From: Geosiphon pyriformis uo1
Lineage: Eukaryota > Fungi > Glomeromycota
Assembly: GCA_016748015.1 (NCBI GenBank)
Contig: JAAOMT010000198.1
Span: 356,797-420,796, forward strand
Direction of reading: 5' to 3'
Length of the DNA stretch: 64,000 nt
Shown here: positions 51,886-64,000 of the stretch, piece after piece
Layout: the number at the start of each line of letters is the position of its first letter
How positions within the stretch are numbered: position 1 is the first letter of the stretch
Notes under the pieces: generated by a model
Database searches by the model: none
What the model was told of the DNA's origin: nothing
The model's input: the letters and a program-made list of their open reading frames with translations, nothing else
Made by a program: the position numbers and the translations under genes

Positions 51886-54800
51886 GTGGTGACCACACCA
51901 GACACAACAACTCTAGAGTATTATCAGTCAATTTACACTCACTGCAAGCAAAGATTCAACATCTCAAATGGAATTGAAGTTTTTAAGAAATCAGTATACC
52001 AATATATTAAAAATTGCATCAACAATTATTTTTTTGGAAATTACAACATTTCAGAAGTGAGAATCAACCTCTACAATAATCTAATACACTATTCACAATT
52101 GGGAACTGAAGACTTTAACAGTGAAACACTTGCCACTTACTTTTAAGAACTCAATTACAACATTATTAAGTATTGTGAAAAAAAATACCCAGTACAGTCT
52201 AAATACTCTTTTGACTTTGAATCAGAAACAGAAACAGGCAACAAAGGCAAACAAAAAGCAAAACAACACTCAAAAACCACTTCAAACACTCCAATACTAC
52301 CAAAGACAACTGCCAAACACTTGCAAACATCTGAACAAGAAACCAGTATCAAATTACCATTTTCTATTACACTATTTCCAATTTCACTTGTTCAACCACA
52401 AACACCAAGTTCACTACTTAACCGTTTCTCCAAACCAGAAGATTTTCAGTCACCTAGAAATCCTATTCAACAACAAGAACCAATATCAACAAGTGCTAAT
52501 ATCATTGATTACTTACAGGAAAACGAAAGTAATCATTCAAAAAGCTTGGAAAGTGAAAAAACTGAATCAGAACCAGAAGAAATTACAGAAAACAAAGAAG
52601 AAATGACAACTGCTTACATTGCAAAAATTCCAGAATTCACTGATGAAGACAATGATACCAGTTCTTAAGAATGGCTTGACAAAGTTCAAAAAGCAGGAGA
52701 TGCAAATGGTTGGATTGTAGCAAGAATGCTTAAAGCAATTCCCTACTTTCTCCAAGGAACAGCAGGAGAATGGTTTGAAAATTTAGAAGAACTATTTGAA
52801 AACTGGCAAGCATTCAAAGATGCTTTTCTACAACAATTCACCAACAACAATATCTCTATCACTCTCAGAAACTACTTTCACAATATCAAACAAGAAACAT
52901 CTAAAACTGTTATGACCTATCTTGAAAGATTTAACAAACTTCTCAGACGAATCTGACAATTAGAAACCAATAACTACTATTCTGATGCTCAAATTCTGGA
53001 TCAGTTTATAGCAGGGTTAAAAGACAAACTGATTAAGAAAGTCTGTCCACATGCTCCAGCAGACTTAACAACTGCTATTAGACATGTAAAGAGCTATGAA
53101 ATGGCAATGGAAGAAGCAAATCACACCAAGTTTGTAAACCTTGCAATTGGAGAAACCAGCTCAGCAGCTGAAGAAAAGATAGACCAACTCACAAAAAAGG
53201 TTGAAAGCTACTTCACAAACCAACAACAACAGCAACAACAACTACAAAGATATCAACCCCTACAATGATGCAACCAAAACAATTTTGGATTACCATTCAA
53301 CAACCAACCTCAAAATTGTTATTATTGTGGAATTCCAGAATACTGGAAACGAGATTGTAGAAAATTACAAAAAGACCAACAAAACAAAAGTAATCAACAT
53401 TACTCTTTACTACAACAATCTTATTACTAATCTTCACTACCAATCTATTATTCACCAAGACCACAAAATCAAAACAGTTACTATTTACCAGCTCTACAAC
53501 CAATGCAGCAACAATATCAGCAACCTTTACCAATTCAGCCATATCAGACACCACCCACTCAACAATATCAAGTACCAGCAAAAAAATTGGTTCAACATAA
53601 CCAATTCACACCCCAAAATCAATTGCAGAGTAACAACAACAGAATCAATCCAAATAACCAGTTGGTTCCCCGAAATTCTGGTCAACAAAGACCCAATCAC
53701 TATCACACTCAACTCAGTTATCTTATAATACCAGAGAAATCGGATTTTCAACAAACTGCACTTTCTGAAGGTGAAGTTGCAGCACCAAAATCAAATCCTT
53801 TCAACCACACCATTCCACCAGCTCAAATTGCCCAAAATGCCAATCTGTCAAATATATTTCCATTTGAATTTGAAGCAAATGAATCACCATTTCTGCTTAG
53901 TAATGCAGCAATCAATGAACAGAAAGCAATTACTGCTATGTACACAGAAGCTACAGTGAAAGGAAAACCCATTCACTTAATCTTAGATAGTGGATCGGCT
54001 GGAAGTATCATCACTTACCAGCTAATACAACAACTCAAATGAAATGTAGACAGACCAGCTCAAACAGTTATTGTCACAGCTGATGGTATGAAGAAGACTC
54101 CAGTAGGAGAAATTGATAATTTTCTCTTTACAATTGATGGAATCATTATTCCAGTTAAAGTTCTTGTTATGGATGCACCCCAATACCAAGCTCTAGTCGG
54201 AAATGATTGGCTTCTCAAGGCCAATGCATACCTGAACTGGGAAACTCAAGAACTTAAAATTTCATACCAAGAACAATATACTATAGTACCTGCAACCTGT
54301 AGTACCTTTAACAAACAATCAGAAAAAGCTCCAGTATTTGAATTTAAAGAAGAGAAAGAAATGCCACTCACTGAAACCTACATGGCTCTTAGATCACCAT
54401 CCAATTGGGCAGAGAAAACAGAACAAGAGATTTTTGAAGAATTAAGAGGATAGAAGAAAGTTAGATATTCCACACCAGAACTATGAAAAAAACCACTATA
54501 CATTCCACTAAAATGCAAAAATTGCAAAAAGAAGCTTTCATCTATGGGAACCTGTATTTCCCCAGAAGAGGAATACAAAACTCACACTTATTACTTCTGT
54601 AAGGCATGCCATAGAGAATGATTTGAATCTCCAAAGAAAAGTAAAAAATGGGACAAAACTTCTTGCCTTACTTGTGGAGAAAGGCTACCAGAAGAATGCA
54701 ATTGGATTGATGTAGCAATGAGAGGAGGAGTATGTGATCAGATCTGTCAATATGCTCTATCAATTTCGGAAAAAATCAGAAGAGGAACACCATTTGATGT

Positions 54801-57510
54801 AGCATACAACAGTGCTCTCAATAAACTTTACCACTATTCTCATGATGCTAAAATGATTTTTGACTTAGCAATAACATTGATCAATGGAGCCACCCAAGAA
54901 AATGTTCACCAAATGAAAAAAGCTGAATACATTGAGTATACCATAGAATTAGCTGGATTTGATTATGAAGATGAAGTAGAAATCTACCACCAAATTGCAA
55001 GCCACACATATCTGACCAAAGAAGCTTAAATTCAATGATTAAAGCAAATGAACATTCAATTGTGTAAAAAATGTGTTATGCCTTGTAATGACCAATGGTG
55101 TTTAGAATGTTATGTTCTTAGCATTCCTCTGCCAGATGAGAATGATGAAAATGAAATCGAATTTGGAATATCTGAACTAGTAGAAGAACTACCAACCACC
55201 CCCATTTATTTTTTTGAAAAGCAACCACCTCTACAACTTAAATATTTTGACAACCATGGCCAAGAAATCAGACCAGAAAAAGCACACAAAATTGATGCTA
55301 GATATGACCTAAGATACCCAGGAAAAGATACTTTGGTTCTCCAACCAAAGTCTTTGACAAAAATCAATCTCAAAATTGCTCTTGAAATTCCACCAGGAGC
55401 AATGGTTCAAATTGCCTTCAAATTATCATTGGCAAGCAAAAAAATCAATATTAGAGAAGGAGTTATAAATGCAGGATACACTGGAGACATTACCATCATG
55501 TTACAGAATAAGACAGACAAACCATTCAAAATTGAACATGCTGAAAAAATTGCTCAAGCAATTTACTTACTCTTAATTAACATTTTGGGTTTACAATTAG
55601 TAAACAACAGAGAACAATTGGGAAAAAGTGAAAGAGAAACTCAAGATTCTGGTTCAACTGGACGATTTACAGTTCCAGTAAACATAGCTCTTAATACATA
55701 AAATGAATCTCACCAGATTCTTCAACTTCTCCAGCCAATTACCATTTCACCTTTTGGAGAACATCACGAAATTTACACTTGCTCAAAACCCACCACTACA
55801 CAACAAATCTTTGAATCCAATGAACAAATCTGTTTGAAGCATGAAATCTCAATTCCAAACGTTTATATTCCCAAAAGAATGAAAAAATTTTGAGTTACAT
55901 TCTACAACTCCAATAATTACCCTATTGTCTTATTAAACAAACTAGAGATTAGAATCATACACAGCAATATTTTTCAAGATGAAAACCCTCAAATTGTCTC
56001 TAATTTCATCGAAATTGTAAGGCACACTTTACTCCCAAATCCAAATATCATTCTCACTACTAAAAACTACCACTTTTTAGAAGAAAAACTCTCTTGAATC
56101 AATATGAGTCCCTTAGAACCTCAACAACAAAGACAATTGAAACAATTGATAGCTGAATTTGCAAATATATTTGCAAAAGACAACAATGACCTGAGAAAAA
56201 CGGATATGGTTTAACATTAGATTCATACAGGAGATGCTTCACCAAAACATCAGCAAGCTTACAGAGTGCCACCTGCCAGCCACCAATTCATCAGAGAAGA
56301 AGTCCAGAGAATGCTCAATAACAGATTGATTCAACCATCAAAAAGTCCTTGGGCCTTATCAGTAGTTCTTGTCAAAAAGAAAAATAGAAAAATCAGATTT
56401 TTTGTTGACTATCGCCAATTGAACAGTGTGACAATTGGAGATGCTTACCCTCTTCCAAGAATTGATGACATGCTAGATGTTCTAGGAAAAGCCAAGTTCT
56501 TCTCAACTTTAGACTTAAAAAGTAGATACTGGCAAGTTGAAATAGACCCAAAAGACTGACCCAAAACAGCATTTACCACCCAGGAAGAAAACTATGAGTT
56601 CAATGTTATGTCTTTTGGACTCTGCAATGCACCAGCAACATTTCAGCAGCTCATGAATGTTGTATATGAAGGACTCTTGTGGCAATCCATAGTTGTCTAT
56701 CTTGATAACACTGATGTATACTTACCAAGCTTTGAAGCCCACTTCATTCACCTGTGAGAAGTTTTTCAATGATTATGGAAAGCAAGATTAAAGTTAAACA
56801 TTGAAAAATGTCACTTTGGAAAAACAAGCTTGATCTTTCTTGGACACATAGTTAGTAAAGATGGAGTCAAACCAAACCCAGGAACAATCAGTGCTGTCAA
56901 AAACTTTCAAACTCCCAGAAATACCACAGAACTATGAAGATTTGTAGGATTAGCCTCTTACTATCAAAAATTTATAAAAGAATTCTCAGAAATTGCCAAA
57001 CCACTCAATTATCTTATCAACAAAAACATACCATACAAATGGACTGAAGAACAACAAAAAGCTTTTGAAACTCTTAAAACAAAATTGACAACAGTCTCAG
57101 TTTTTGCTTACCCAGACTTTAACAAACGATTCCAATTAGCCCCTGATGCTTTACACATAGCATTTGGTGCCATCTTATCACAATTGGATGAAAATGGCCA
57201 GAAACAAATTATCACCTATGTCAGCAGAACATTCAAGCCAACAGAACTCAAATATGGCTCAACTGAATTGGAAGCTGCTGCAGTCATCTGGACTCTCAAA
57301 CACTTTCAACAATACCTGAAGAATGAAAAAAATTTTGACATAATAACTAACAATATTGGCCTCAAATAACTTAATAAAAAGAAAACTGAACAAAGTGCCA
57401 AACAGTCTCAATGGAATGACTTCCTAGCAGACTACAGATATATTGTACATTACAAACCAGGAAAACTACACACCAATGTTGATAGTCTCTCAAGAATGAG
57501 ACAATATTAA
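51886..57510 (+). pseudogene. gag-pol of Ty3 copy 3 (Gag, PR, Cys-rich, dUTPase, RT, RH)
   Basis: 1875 codons in one frame broken only by stops; LILDSGSAGS, dUTPase motifs, YPLPRIDD, YLD(N/D) and ELEAAAV. Confidence 0.93.
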
Positions 57511-57631
57511 TACCAACATTAACACCAACAAAACACCAACAAACTTAACAGCAGAACAAACAACAAAATCAACAACAATAGATCCAAAAAACTACAACAA
57601 CATCAAAAACTATTTGGAGACTCTTACCATC

Positions 57632-58919
57632 AGCACCAGTTATCTATCAGCCACAGCTATAAGTAATATATCAGCCACAACAAATTCAAACCCCATCACA
57701 CTATCCAATTCAGATGTTACCTGGAAACCAAAGACCGAAAATTGTTCAGCAAAACTGGAGATCAGTAATGGTTGTACATCAACTGATTCCCAGTTCATTT
57801 AACCATGCCTTAGGATCACATATCTGGAATTCGGGAAATAGATACAACCAAAATTAGAGTTTCCAAAACTATCTGAGTTTTTTGGTTACTCCAGAAAATG
57901 CCTCAACCAACAACAACCTGAAAACCTCCCTGAAGCAAACAATTAATAACAACATACCTCCAGCTACCATCACAAATGATAAATCATTAGCAGCCATTTT
58001 TTCTTTTAAAATCAAGGAACCAACCAAAACCCCTCTCTTTAGTGGAGCCACCCTTAATATGAAACCCATTACTGCCATGTACACCAATGCCAAGGTTGAT
58101 GGGCAGGCCATCAAGCTGATTCTAGACAGTGGTTCAGCAAACAGCATCATTACATGACAACTCATGGACCAATTAGGTTACTGAGTTGATTGTGCAGCCA
58201 GTGCCAGAATTATTACTGCCAATGGAACCACCAAAACTCCAATTGGTGAAATCGACAATTTTCCCATTGAAGTCAATGGTATCATTGTACCAATCAAGGT
58301 TTTAGTTATGGAAGCCACCCAGTACCAAGCTTTCATTGGTAATAACTGACTGTCTAAAACCAACGCCATGCTCAACTGAAACATTCAGGAGCTATAGCTC
58401 AGCCAAAATGGGCAGCATACTAAAGTACCAGCTATCTGTGAACACTTTAAGACCACTACAACTGCACCACTAATTGAATTTGAAAAAAAAGAAAAGAAAC
58501 CTATCTGGGAAGTCTATCAAGTTTCGTGGGCTGACACTGATCATAACAAATTACTGCCAATACTGTCTTGGAACAACAAAAAGAAAAGAAAAGAAGAAGA
58601 CAAGCCATAAGAAGATACCACCAACAAAATTACCAGTGGCTGAGAAAGTTTCTATTCAATTAACACCAGACCAGAACCACCTTATATCTCACTCTAGTGC
58701 AAAGACTGCAAGAAAAAGTTGTCCTTCATAGGAGCTAGGGTTGCACCTAACAAAAACTACTGAACACAGACCCATTACTATTGCAAACCATGCCACTGTG
58801 AATGCTATAACTACCCAAAATGCCAAGACAAGTGGGACAATAAACCATGTCTTGCTTATGGCAAACAACTGCTCAATGAAAAGATGTGAAACAACATTCT
58901 TGGTCGAGAAGAAATCTGT
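57632..58919 (+). pseudogene. Fragment of a second Ty3 family (Gag C-terminus, protease, start of the Cys-rich region)
   Basis: ITAMYTNAKVDGQAIKLILDSGSA, TKTPIGEID, and CKDCKKKL..YYCKPCH; homologous to but diverged from family 1. Confidence 0.85.
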
Positions 58920-59611
58920 TGTTATGGGTTGGAGTAACAAGCTAATGGATAGCAAGGGAGAACAGGATTGTAAGGTGATGGAAATAATCAAAGGAAAATT
59001 CAACTTTAAAGAGCGAATTGAATGAGTATGGATTCAATGTGCAAAATCAGTCTCATAAAATATCTCAGTTGCTATTCTTTTCAAAGGTAACTGGGAAATC
59101 TGAAGGTAGAGGGATAGTCCATACTGTTAACAATTAATCACCACTGGTATTAATTCTATGTTTTTACGTTAGCACTCTTAGAATTCAATATCAGGTATCA
59201 ACTTGTGCTCTTCAGTTACGTTTATACAAATAGTCTTCAAATACTACAATTATTCAAACAGAAAAAGGCCAACAAGTAATCTTTTATTCTAAGATGTTCA
59301 GATACTTGAAGGTAGGAAAAGAAAATTTAGCAATAAGAGAGTAATTGAGATAAAAGTTGTTATTTTTATTTATTTGATTCTTGTCTGAGAGATGATTTTC
59401 TATAGCTAAAAAACTCATCACTTATATAGCTATTGAAAGTGGTCAACAACCAAGTCAATGACTAAGTCAATGATCAGGTTAACAGTCAGATCAATGGTCA
59501 GGTCAATGATCAGGTCAACGATTACTATCTAAAAATAGAGTGGCTAATTATATGACATCAGTGGCTAATACATGTGATAACTAATAAAAATTATGGGTTT
59601 CAACCATAACA
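58920..59611 (-). repeat. 3' LTR of the family-3 element
   Basis: 8-bp inverted termini, TATATAA near 59422-59428 (minus), purine tract at about 59612-59622; its partner LTR lies outside the window. Confidence 0.85.
59441..59524. repeat. Seven 12-bp tandem units (GGTCAATGATCA-like) in U3
   Basis: Units start at 59441, 59453, 59465, 59477, 59489, 59501 and 59513. Confidence 0.85.
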
Positions 59612-60237
59612 TCATTCTCTCCAAAGAGATTGAGCTCCAGTGAAATCAAGCTATTTATAAGGTATTCTAATTGAAGGGTTTTGTCTAACTCAAAACTAAC
59701 TAGTTTGTTGAAGTCTTTTGTGGATAGAGTGTATAGTACTTAAGGCAAAATAAGCTTTGTATCCAAGAGACCAAATCTTTGTATAAGAGTTTTGGCTCTT
59801 CTTGTAATGATCAAAACTCTTGGGACATCTAAATGTATAATGTCCAAAATTTCTACTTGTATCTCTGAAGTTGTTTTCTTCATGAGCTTTATTTTTTCTA
59901 TGATTTCACCAAGATGACCATAGAGTTCTAGTTGCCTTCTATATGACAAGTTTTTGTCTATAAGGAAGATTTCCTTAATTGTTTTTCCAATTGTCATAGA
60001 AGGTGTAAGTATTGCTGCTGTTATGCTTTCCAGCAAATACTTATCCATTTTGCTACCAATTCTTTCTTTTCTGGTAGTGGTTTTCTTTGGTCTAATAACA
60101 GTATGTGTTTTACTGTTATCAATTATGGTGGTTTGTTTTCCAATGGTCAGAGTAGCATTTGGATAATTTTTGATTTAGTATTCATGGAGAGTGTAAAAAG
60201 CATTTTGAATGTTTTGATCTAGAAAATAATTGTTCAT
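59581..60237 (-). pseudogene. ORF3 homologue of the family-3 element
   Basis: 219-codon frame MNNYFLDQNIQ...LYGHLGE...ELNLFGENDVMVETHNFY* with two internal stops, crossing the PPT into the LTR. Confidence 0.72.
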
Positions 60238-60278
60238 GTTGATTGAAGATACCTCTGTTTTAAGAATAGTGCATTTAT

Positions 60279-61592
60279 TTATATCTGATTTTTGTTGATT
60301 ATTTGGGTCAGTATTATCACAACAAGTAACCAATCAGGTCGTTTGTGATATTTTTTGAGTTGTGTGCCATAAACAGGACAATCATTGAAGATTGTTCTAT
60401 ATTAATCTTGTAAGATATAAGAACCATTGTTCAAAACTTTGTTGACTATAAAGAGTCTTTTCCACCAGCTAGAGAATTTATCATCATAGACATTGTCTCT
60501 GTCTAAACAGTATTCTAAAACTAAGTCACCAACACTTAAGGAAAGTGTTTTATATGTTTTCTTTTTCTTAAGCTTCTCTTGGAATTGTTTTATCTTTTCA
60601 AAAGCAATTATTCATGCTTCTACTAATGAGTCAAGAATAATACCAAGTTTTCTTTGCAAAATGTCTTTGTAATTCTTTATTGTTATTTCTTCAAAGAGTA
60701 TTGTCTTAATGTTAGTTTCTATTGGTAGGGTTGCTATTTGTCCATAGAGTAAATAAAAGGGTTCATAACTTGTTATATCATGATTCACAGTTTTATAAGT
60801 GAACAAAGCTGAAGGCAGTACTTTGTCTCATAAGTTTGTTTCTTTGCTGGTTTTGGCTAGAGTTTCACATAGTGTTCTATTGAAACGTTCCACTAGGCTA
60901 TTTGTTTGGGGGTGATAAGAAGAGGAAAGTTTGTGACATATTCCCATTTTTCTGCAAAGTTTTTTAACAAGTGTACTGAGAAAAGCTCTTCCTCTGTCAG
61001 ATAAAAGTTCTTTGGGGCAGCCATGATAACAAATGATATCTTCATAAATGAAATTGGCTATTAAGACTGCTGTTTGGTCTGGAGTGGCTCTTGCTTCTAC
61101 CCACTTTGTAAGATAGTCGGCAGCTATGATAATGTATCTGTTTTCATTAGGAGTTATTGTTAAAGGTCCAACAACATCTATACCAATTCTGTCAAAGGGT
61201 TGACCAACAGAGATTGGATGAATATCTTCTTTGCAATTGGGTTTTCCTCTTCTTTGGCAGATATCACAGGTTTTGATGTATTCAGCAATGTCTTTTCCCA
61301 AGGTAGACTAATAATAGCAAGCTAGAGTTTTCTGAATTGTTTTTGTTTTTCCAAAGTGTCTAGCTAATGGATCAGTGTGCATATTGTAGATCACAATTTT
61401 TCTTTCTTCAAATTTGATAACTCTCTGGGAGCAGTCAGAATCTTTTTTATTTCTTTTATAAAGTTGGTTCTGGCAAATCAAATAGAAATTTGATTGTTTG
61501 TGCAAATGTTCTCTTTGTTGTTATGTGTATTTCGGTGGATATTGTCCTTTACCCAAAAATTCTATTAAGGCAGAGTAGTTATCCAAATTCAT
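60279..61592 (-). pseudogene. Integrase as a separate ORF (family 3)
   Basis: Own ATG (MNLDNY...), MHTDPLARHFG, CDICQ, IGIDVVGP, LSDRG and LVERFN; 438 codons. Confidence 0.9.
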
Positions 61593-61659
61593 TATCGTGT
61601 TTGTCAAAAAGGGGGAATTACTAATAATTAAGTTGATTTGGTTTGAAAGGGTTGTTCTG

Positions 61660-64000
61660 TCACTGGATGGTAAGTTTGGAGAGAGCATCAGCATTTTGAT
61701 GATTAGCTCCTTTGTAATGTTAAATATCATAGTCAAATTCATCCAAGTGGAATATCCAGCAAGTTATCTGTTTGTGTTCTAGTCTCTTTTTGTTGTGCAG
61801 CCAAACCAAAGCTTGGTGATCTGTTACCACCAAAAACTTCAAACCAAAAAGATACTTACTCCAGTAACTGGTAGACCATACTACTGCTAAGCATTCTTGT
61901 TCAGTGACTGAATAGTTCTGTTCTGCTGGGGAAAGGGTTCTACTGGCATAGACTATGGCATGTTCTTTGCCATTTTCATCTTTCTGAGAGAGAACAGCAC
62001 CAAGTTCAAAGCCAGATGCATTAGTGTAAAGGATAAAGGGTTGATCTAGATCAAGTTGCTTAAGGATGGATTCTGTAACCAGTTTTTTCTTTAAAGTTTC
62101 AAAGGCTTTTTGCTGATGTGTTCCCCAATGGTAATTGACATTTTTTCTGAATAGCTGATTGAAAGGAGAGACAATTTTGGAGAAATTCTTGACAAATTTG
62201 TGATAATAAAAGACCAAACCAAGAAAAGAGCATAGTTCATGAATGTTTATTGGTTGTTTGATGTTTTGGACTTTTTCAACTTTGGCTGGTTCAGAAAAGA
62301 TTCCATCTTTTGTGATAAGATGACCAAGAAACTGGATTGTCTTCCAAAAAAAGATTTGATTGGGTTGATCTTGAGGCCAGCATTTCTGAGGAGGTCAAAA
62401 ATCTTTTGCAAATGTTCCAGGTGTTCATTCCAGGTTTTTGAGTATACTATTATGTCGTCCAAATAGACTAGAACAAAAGTTTTCCTTGACTGATTCAAAT
62501 ACTTTATCCATTAAGCATTGAAAGGTGGAAGGGGCATTGGTGAGACCAAAAGGCATGACTGTGAATTCATAGGTACCATACTTAGTAATAAAAGCAGTTT
62601 TCTTTCTGCTTTCTGAATCCATCTCTACTTGCCAGAATCCAGCAGTTAAGTCAATGGTTAAGAAGAAAACAGCATCTTTGAATTGATCTAATATTGCATC
62701 AATTTTGGGAAGTGGGTACATGTCTTTTTCAGTAATGGTATTTAATTGGTAGTAGTCAACACAGAAGTGTAGTGTTTCACTTTTCTTGAATACCACTACA
62801 ACTGGGAAAGCCCATTCACTCTTGGTTTCTTGATGAATCCAAGTTCTTTTATCCAGTTTATCTCTTTCTTAATAAACTCATCATTGCACCAATTGGATTG
62901 ATAAGGCTTCAAATGGATGGGTCGAGTTTCTTTGGTGGTGATAGTGTGTTGTATCACATGGGTATGTCCAGGGGTATCACTTTCTTTGAAGATAACTGGG
63001 CTATTTCTAGCCAGCAAATTTTCAATGTCTATTTTTTTTTCTTCTGGAAAGAGTTCTTTTTGTTCTACAACCAGTAATTGGATCTCAGGTGGTTCATTTT
63101 CAAAGGACTTCTGTACTTCTTTCAATTCTTTTTTGAGTATCAAACTAATTGGTTCCCAATCTCTGTAATAGATTAGACATGATTTGTATTTATTGCTTGG
63201 AGAATACAAGAGTTTGTTGCACCAACACCAGGCACAAGAACCATACCACCAAAAACTGTATTTGGCTTTTTTGCCAGGTTTTCTTTCAAAGGTTCTTCTA
63301 TGAATATCATAATAAGGCCAGCAGATCAGTTTGCCATTTACAATGATTCCTTCTTTGTTTGCTTTAACATTGTCCAGTGGTTTGCTATTGCTGGTGAAGG
63401 TGGTATAAGCGAGTTCAACAGTTTTTTCTTGCTCTTCTTGTTCTTCTTTTTCATCACTCTCTTCATCATTTGATTCATCTGATTGTTCTTCTTCTTGGTT
63501 TTGTTTGGGTACTGGGGGAGTTGTTCAATGGTGACACTTAACCACAATGGGTTTCTCACCACATCTGATGGTTAATTCACAAAGTTTATAATCAAGCAAA
63601 GCTTTTGCTTTTTTGAGTTATTCATTGCCAACAATGATGGTGTATTCCTTGGCTTTAGAAACTTCCATGTCAGTTTCAATGCTGATTCCATTGATGTGAA
63701 CAGAAACAGCTTTGGCAATACCCAATCCTTTCTTTTTGTTACCATATACATTGGTCATTGGTTTGGTGGAAGGTTCATCAATCTTTTTACCAATTGCTTC
63801 CAAGAAGTGTTTGGCAATGACACTAACAGATAATCCACTGTTCAGAATTAAGTCAATGAAGTATCCAGCCACTTGGGCTATACAAATCAGAGGGATAACA
63901 TTGCTGTTGTTAGCAAGTCCAGCTTGGCAAAGACGCTTGTTGGTTTTTGGTGTCTTCTTCTTTGGAATCAAGGATTTGCAAAGATCCTTTCTGAACTGTG
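61660..64000 (-). pseudogene. PR-RT-RNase H of the family-3 element
   Basis: LIL(N/D)SG, YPLPKID, MPFGLTNAP, YLDD, YT(N/D)ASGFELGAVL and NADALSK then stop. Confidence 0.92.

Larger units (their letters stand above)
50849..57631 (+). mobile_element. Ty3 (family 1, copy 3), truncated about 18 codons into integrase
   Basis: 5' LTR 50849-51838, PBS at 51841, gag-pol 51886-57510, IN stub 57578-57631; no 3' LTR in the window. Confidence 0.93.
58920..64000 (-). mobile_element. Third Ty3 family element running off the window end (PR, RT, RH, separate IN, ORF3, 3' LTR); no dUTPase seen
   Basis: LTR with TGTTATGG/CCATAACA ends, adjacent purine tract, and pol motifs on the minus strand. Confidence 0.92.

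Noticed and set aside
59441-59524. AGGTCA nuclear-receptor response elements
   Set aside because: Fungi lack nuclear receptors; the similarity is treated as coincidental.

Overview
Eukaryotic, AT-rich, transposon-dominated window. By inference it is fungal; the element types and intron style resemble Glomeromycotina (Geosiphon-like), which I cannot confirm without a search. A small CpG-retaining island (about 28.8-33.5 kb) holds three host genes: TMEM115/DUF1751-like, Svp26/TEX261-like and DUF1279/FAM210-like. Almost everything else is nested, transition-riddled mobile DNA or very AT-rich spacer. There are three RNase H-encoding LINEs (two full length), three copies of a dUTPase-encoding Ty3/Gypsy family, each inserted inside a LINE, pieces of two further Ty3 families, a cargo-carrying pogo/Tigger transposon and an almost erased fossil pogo. 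The most striking signal is the retrovirus-like complexity of the Ty3 elements. They have an apparently GUG-initiated, AUG-free Gag extension and a single gag-PR-Cys-rich-dUTPase-RT-RH frame. Integrase sits in a separate ORF, and a third ORF reads through the PPT into U3. U3 carries a phased palindrome array and U5 carries duplicated, covarying RNA hairpins. All coordinates and translations were read by eye and no database searches were run.
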